Below are positions 60,263 through 64,000 of a stretch of DNA of 64,000 nt, one piece after another. Position numbers and translations under genes: made by a program. The DNA is from Hyphomicrobium sp. (GTDB lineage: Bacteria > Pseudomonadota > Alphaproteobacteria > Rhizobiales > Hyphomicrobiaceae). The notes under the pieces are model-generated. The model was not told where the DNA came from, did not search any database, and was given only the letters and a program-made list of their open reading frames with translations. The DNA lies in assembly GCF_035572195.1 (NCBI RefSeq), contig NZ_DATNBA010000133.1:7021-71020 (forward strand). The letters run 5' to 3'. How positions within the stretch are numbered: the first letter of the stretch is position 1; every line of letters starts with the position of its first letter.

Positions 60263-61330
60263 ATGGTCGAGACGCTGCAAATCTTCATGTCCACATACGG
60301 CTGGAACCTGCTGGCGCTCGTCGGCTGGTCGCTGCTCGTGATTGTCGGCCTGCTCATCGTCGTCGCCTATCTTCTGCTGATGGACCGCAAAGTCTGGGCG
60401 GCGGTGCAACTCCGCCGTGGGCCGAACGTCGTCGGACCCTTTGGCCTGTTGCAGTCGTTCGCCGATCTTTTGAAGTTCGTGTTCAAGGAACCGCTGATCC
60501 CTGCGGGCTCCGACAAGGTTGTGTTCCTGCTGGCGCCGCTGGCGACGGCAACGTGCGCTCTGGCCGCGTGGGCGGTGATTCCGATCAATGAAAACAGCTG
60601 GGGTAGGTGGGTCGTTTCCGACATGAACGTCGGAATCCTTTACCTGCTCGCGATTTCCTCGCTCGCCGTCTACGGCATCATCATGGGAGGTTGGGCCTCC
60701 AACTCGAAGTACCCGTTCATGGGCAGCCTCAGGTCGGCGGCGCAGATGGTGTCGTATGAGGTTTCAATCGGCTTCGTCATCATTAGTGTGCTGCTTTGCG
60801 TCGGGTCGCTCAACATCACCGATATCGTGAATGCGCAGAAATCGGGCATCGGTACGCGGCTAGGGCTGACGAACTCGTTGCTCGACTGGCATTGGCTGGC
60901 GCTCTTTCCGATGTTCATCGTGTTCTTTATTTCGGCGCTGGCCGAAACCAATCGCACGCCCTTCGACCTTATCGAAGCCGAATCGGAACTCGTTGCCGGT
61001 TTCATGGTCGAGTACTCGTCGACCCCGTATCTTCTCTATATGCTCGGTGAGTACGTCTCGATCACTACGATGTGCGCGCTGACGACGATCCTGTTTCTCG
61101 GCGGCTGGCTGCCGCCGCTCGATGTCTGGCCGCTGAATGCGATCCCGGGCGTCGTCTGGTTCCTGCTCAAAGTCGTTTTCGTTTTCTTGATGTTCGCGAT
61201 GGCTAAGGCCGTATTACCGCGATATCGCTACGACCAGTTGATGCGACTTGGGTGGAAAGTTTTCCTGCCGCTGTCGCTTGCAATGGTGGTGCTGACGGCC
61301 GCCGTTCTTCAATTCGGAGGTTTCGTATAA
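60263..61330 (+). CDS. nuoH: NADH-quinone oxidoreductase subunit H
   Basis: [41 protein letters not shown]. Confidence 0.97.
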   Translation: MVETLQIFMSTYGWNLLALVGWSLLVIVGLLIVVAYLLLMDRKVWAAVQLRRGPNVVGPFGLLQSFADLLKFVFKEPLIPAGSDKVVFLLAPLATATCALAAWAVIPINENSWGRWVVSDMNVGILYLLAISSLAVYGIIMGGWASNSKYPFMGSLRSAAQMVSYEVSIGFVIISVLLCVGSLNITDIVNAQKSGIGTRLGLTNSLLDWHWLALFPMFIVFFISALAETNRTPFDLIEAESELVAGFMVEYSSTPYLLYMLGEYVSITTMCALTTILFLGGWLPPLDVWPLNAIPGVVWFLLKVVFVFLMFAMAKAVLPRYRYDQLMRLGWKVFLPLSLAMVVLTAAVLQFGGFV

Positions 61331-61819
61331 ATGAGCCTCGCAACTGCCGGTAAATCTCTACTTCTGACGGAAATCGTGGCGGCATTTCTCCTGTCGTTCC
61401 GCTATTTCTTTTCGCCGAAGAAAACACTGAATTATCCCTATGAAAAAGGTCCGCTGTCGCCCCGGTTCCGTGGTGAGCATGCGCTACGCCGCTACCCGAA
61501 CGGCGAAGAGCGCTGCATCGCCTGCAAGCTCTGCGAAGCCATATGTCCGGCGCTGGCAATCACCATCGAGGCCGGGCCCCGTCGTAACGACGGCACGCGG
61601 CGCACGACGCGCTACGACATCGACATGACCAAATGCATTTACTGCGGGCTCTGCCAGGAGGCATGCCCGGTGGATGCCATCGTTGAAGGACCGAATTTCG
61701 AATTCGCGACCGAAACGCGGGAAGAGCTGTTTTACGACAAGGATCGGTTGCTCGCCAACGGCGACCGGTGGGAGCGCGAGATCGCCAAGAATATTGAGCT
61801 CGACGCGAAATATCGATAA
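61331..61819 (+). CDS. nuoI: NADH-quinone oxidoreductase subunit I
   Basis: [12 protein letters not shown] and [12 protein letters not shown]. Confidence 0.98.
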   Translation: MSLATAGKSLLLTEIVAAFLLSFRYFFSPKKTLNYPYEKGPLSPRFRGEHALRRYPNGEERCIACKLCEAICPALAITIEAGPRRNDGTRRTTRYDIDMTKCIYCGLCQEACPVDAIVEGPNFEFATETREELFYDKDRLLANGDRWEREIAKNIELDAKYR

Positions 61820-61873
61820 TTCGCACTCCGCGCGAAGGACGGGGCGGGGGATAGCAAGAAAGAACGAAGGACA

Positions 61874-62533
61874 ATGGCGTCGGCGGGTTTCTTTTATCTT
61901 TTTGCGGTGCTCGCAGTCGCTGCGGGCGCGATGGTCGTGCTCGCGAAAAATCCCGTGCATGCCGTGCTGTTTCTGATCCTGGCGTTCTTCAATTCGGCCG
62001 GCCTCTTTGTTCTGCTCGGCGCCGAGTTCCTGGCAATGGTGCTCGTCGTCGTCTACGTCGGCGCCGTATCTGTCCTCTTCCTGTTTGTCGTGATGATGCT
62101 CGACGTTGATTTCGCGGCGCTGAAAGCCGGTTTCATCAAGAATGCCAAGGTCGGAGCACTGGTCGGTGGCATCGTGCTTGCGGAACTCGTTCTATTGTTC
62201 ACGTACCGCGGGCTGACGGTCGCGCCGATGTCGAACGCCGCTTCTCCGATGCCCGCCGCCGGGTCCGCAGTGACCAACACCGAGGCTCTCGGACTGATCC
62301 TCTATACGAAGTACATCTACTTCTTCCAGGGCGCTGGTATGATCCTGCTCGTCGCGATGATCGGCGCGATCGTGCTGACCCTCAAGCATCGCGAAAACGT
62401 CAAACGGCAGTCTGTTGCGGAACAAGTTGCGCGCACTCCGAAGACGACGCTTGAGGTGATCAAGGTCCCGAGTGGCGGCTCGGTCATCCCCGTGGCCGCC
62501 AAGCGGTCAAAACGGACGGAGGCAGCGGAATGA
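61874..62533 (+). CDS. nuoJ: NADH-quinone oxidoreductase subunit J
   Basis: [30 protein letters not shown]. Confidence 0.96.
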   Translation: MASAGFFYLFAVLAVAAGAMVVLAKNPVHAVLFLILAFFNSAGLFVLLGAEFLAMVLVVVYVGAVSVLFLFVVMMLDVDFAALKAGFIKNAKVGALVGGIVLAELVLLFTYRGLTVAPMSNAASPMPAAGSAVTNTEALGLILYTKYIYFFQGAGMILLVAMIGAIVLTLKHRENVKRQSVAEQVARTPKTTLEVIKVPSGGSVIPVAAKRSKRTEAAE

Positions 62534-62838
62534 CCATCGGACTCGGGCACTATCTGACGGTGGCCGCGTGCCTCTTCACGCTCGGCATCTTCGGTATTTT
62601 CATCAATCGCAAGAACGTCATCGTCATTTTGATGTCGATCGAGCTGATTTTGCTGGCCGTCAATATCAACCTCGTCGCGTTTTCGCATTTCAACAACGAC
62701 CTCGTCGGGCAGGTATTCGCGCTCTTCATTCTGACGGTTGCGGCAGCCGAGGCGGCAATCGGGCTTGCGATCATCGTCGTCTACTATCGCAATCGCGGAT
62801 CGATCGCGGTCGAAGACATCAACATGATGAAGGGCTGA
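62530..62838 (+). CDS. nuoK: NADH-quinone oxidoreductase subunit K
   Basis: [21 protein letters not shown]. Confidence 0.97.
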   Translation: MTIGLGHYLTVAACLFTLGIFGIFINRKNVIVILMSIELILLAVNINLVAFSHFNNDLVGQVFALFILTVAAAEAAIGLAIIVVYYRNRGSIAVEDINMMKG

Positions 62839-62845
62839 TCGGGGC

Positions 62846-64000
62846 ATGATCTACGCCGCCATTGTTCTCCTGCCGCTTGCGGGTGCGCTGATCGCGGGCC
62901 TGTTCGGCCGCATCATCGGCGACCGGCCGAGCGAAGTCATCACGACATCGTTGCTGATGGCTGCGGCCGTGCTGTCGTGGATCGTTTTCGTGCAAATCGC
63001 CTTCGGGCACGAGACGCAGAATGTCACTCTGATGCGCTGGATCACGTCGGGCGAGCTCGACGCATCGTGGTCGCTCAAGATCGATACACTGACGGCCGTC
63101 ATGCTGGTCGTCGTGACGACGGTCTCGGCACTCGTCCATCTCTATTCCATCGGCTACATGCACGATGACGATAGCCGGCCGCGCTTTTTCGCCTATCTCT
63201 CACTCTTCACTTTCGCGATGCTGACGCTGGTGACGAGCGACAATCTCCTGCAGATGTTCTTCGGCTGGGAGGGCGTCGGGCTCGCCTCCTATCTGCTCAT
63301 CGGCTTTTGGTACAAAAGACCCGCGGCCAACGCGGCGGCGATCAAGGCGTTCGTCGTCAATCGCGTCGGCGACTTCGGTTTCGCGCTCGGCATCTTCGGG
63401 CTGTTCTTCGTATTCCGCACCGTCAATTTCGATGCGATATTCGCGGCCGCGCCCGGCGTCGCCGGCAAGACGTTCATGTTTGCCGGCCATGACGTCGACA
63501 TCCTGACGACGCTGTCGCTGCTCCTTTTCATGGGCGCGATGGGCAAGTCGGCGCAGTTTCTGCTGCACACATGGCTGCCGGATGCAATGGAAGGCCCTAC
63601 GCCGGTTTCGGCGCTGATCCACGCTGCCACGATGGTGACGGCGGGTGTGTTCATGGTGGCGCGCCTGTCGCCGATCTTTGAACTAGCGCCGGACGCCTTG
63701 GCGTTCGTGACGCTGATCGGGGCGGTTACGGCATTCTTCGCCGCGACCGTCGCGCTCGTGCAGAACGACATCAAACGCGTCATCGCCTATTCGACATGTT
63801 CGCAGCTTGGCTACATGTTCGTCGCCTGCGGTATCGGAGCGTACGGCGCGGGAATATTCCACCTCTTCACGCATGCCTTCTTCAAGGCCCTGCTGTTCCT
63901 CGGTTCCGGCTCCGTCATCCATGCGATGCATCACGAGCAGGACATGCGGCTCATGGGCGGCCTGCGGAACAAGATACCGTTGACGTTCGCGGCAATGCTG
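62846..64000 (+). CDS. nuoL: NADH-quinone oxidoreductase subunit L (partial, runs off the window)
   Basis: Not in ORF track; translated from ATG 62846: [54 protein letters not shown]. Confidence 0.96.
   Translation, partial: MIYAAIVLLPLAGALIAGLFGRIIGDRPSEVITTSLLMAAAVLSWIVFVQIAFGHETQNVTLMRWITSGELDASWSLKIDTLTAVMLVVVTTVSALVHLYSIGYMHDDDSRPRFFAYLSLFTFAMLTLVTSDNLLQMFFGWEGVGLASYLLIGFWYKRPAANAAAIKAFVVNRVGDFGFALGIFGLFFVFRTVNFDAIFAAAPGVAGKTFMFAGHDVDILTTLSLLLFMGAMGKSAQFLLHTWLPDAMEGPTPVSALIHAATMVTAGVFMVARLSPIFELAPDALAFVTLIGAVTAFFAATVALVQNDIKRVIAYSTCSQLGYMFVACGIGAYGAGIFHLFTHAFFKALLFLGSGSVIHAMHHEQDMRLMGGLRNKIPLTFAAML

Overview
GC-rich alphaproteobacterial chromosome segment; gene content suggests a Hyphomicrobium-like methylotroph (inference). 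Four blocks. (1) 1-14.5 kb, core housekeeping: HlyD adaptor, glutathione peroxidase, opgD, sseA, tRNA-Leu, tig-clpP-clpX-lon-hupB, tRNA-Val, DUF1993, tRNA-Asp. (2) ~15.0-43.3 kb, a methylated-amine catabolic island: N-methylglutamate pathway (mgsABC, gmaS, mgdABCD), heme-dependent dimethylamine monooxygenase (dmmABCD), two APC permeases, three regulators (XRE-cupin, LysR, FadR) and several uncharacterised accessory genes. (3) 43.6-51.0 kb: small hypothetical genes and an E. coli-type aceE-aceF-lpdA operon. (4) 51.2-64.0 kb: complex I operon nuoA to nuoL (nuoL truncated by the window edge) with three inserted non-nuo genes. Best candidates for undescribed systems, all inside the amine island: three small membrane proteins co-transcribed with an ethanolamine-permease-like transporter; an intact but cofactor-stripped NuoE/NuoF-like protein coupled to a truncated hemoglobin; and a FadR regulator lacking its metal-binding histidines next to a signal-less orphan solute-binding protein, a TPR-like protein and 10-bp phased repeat arrays. 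No CRISPR array, rRNA, transposase or integrase was recognised. Family assignments come from motif recognition and recall, not from database searches; several start codons were moved relative to the ORF track.
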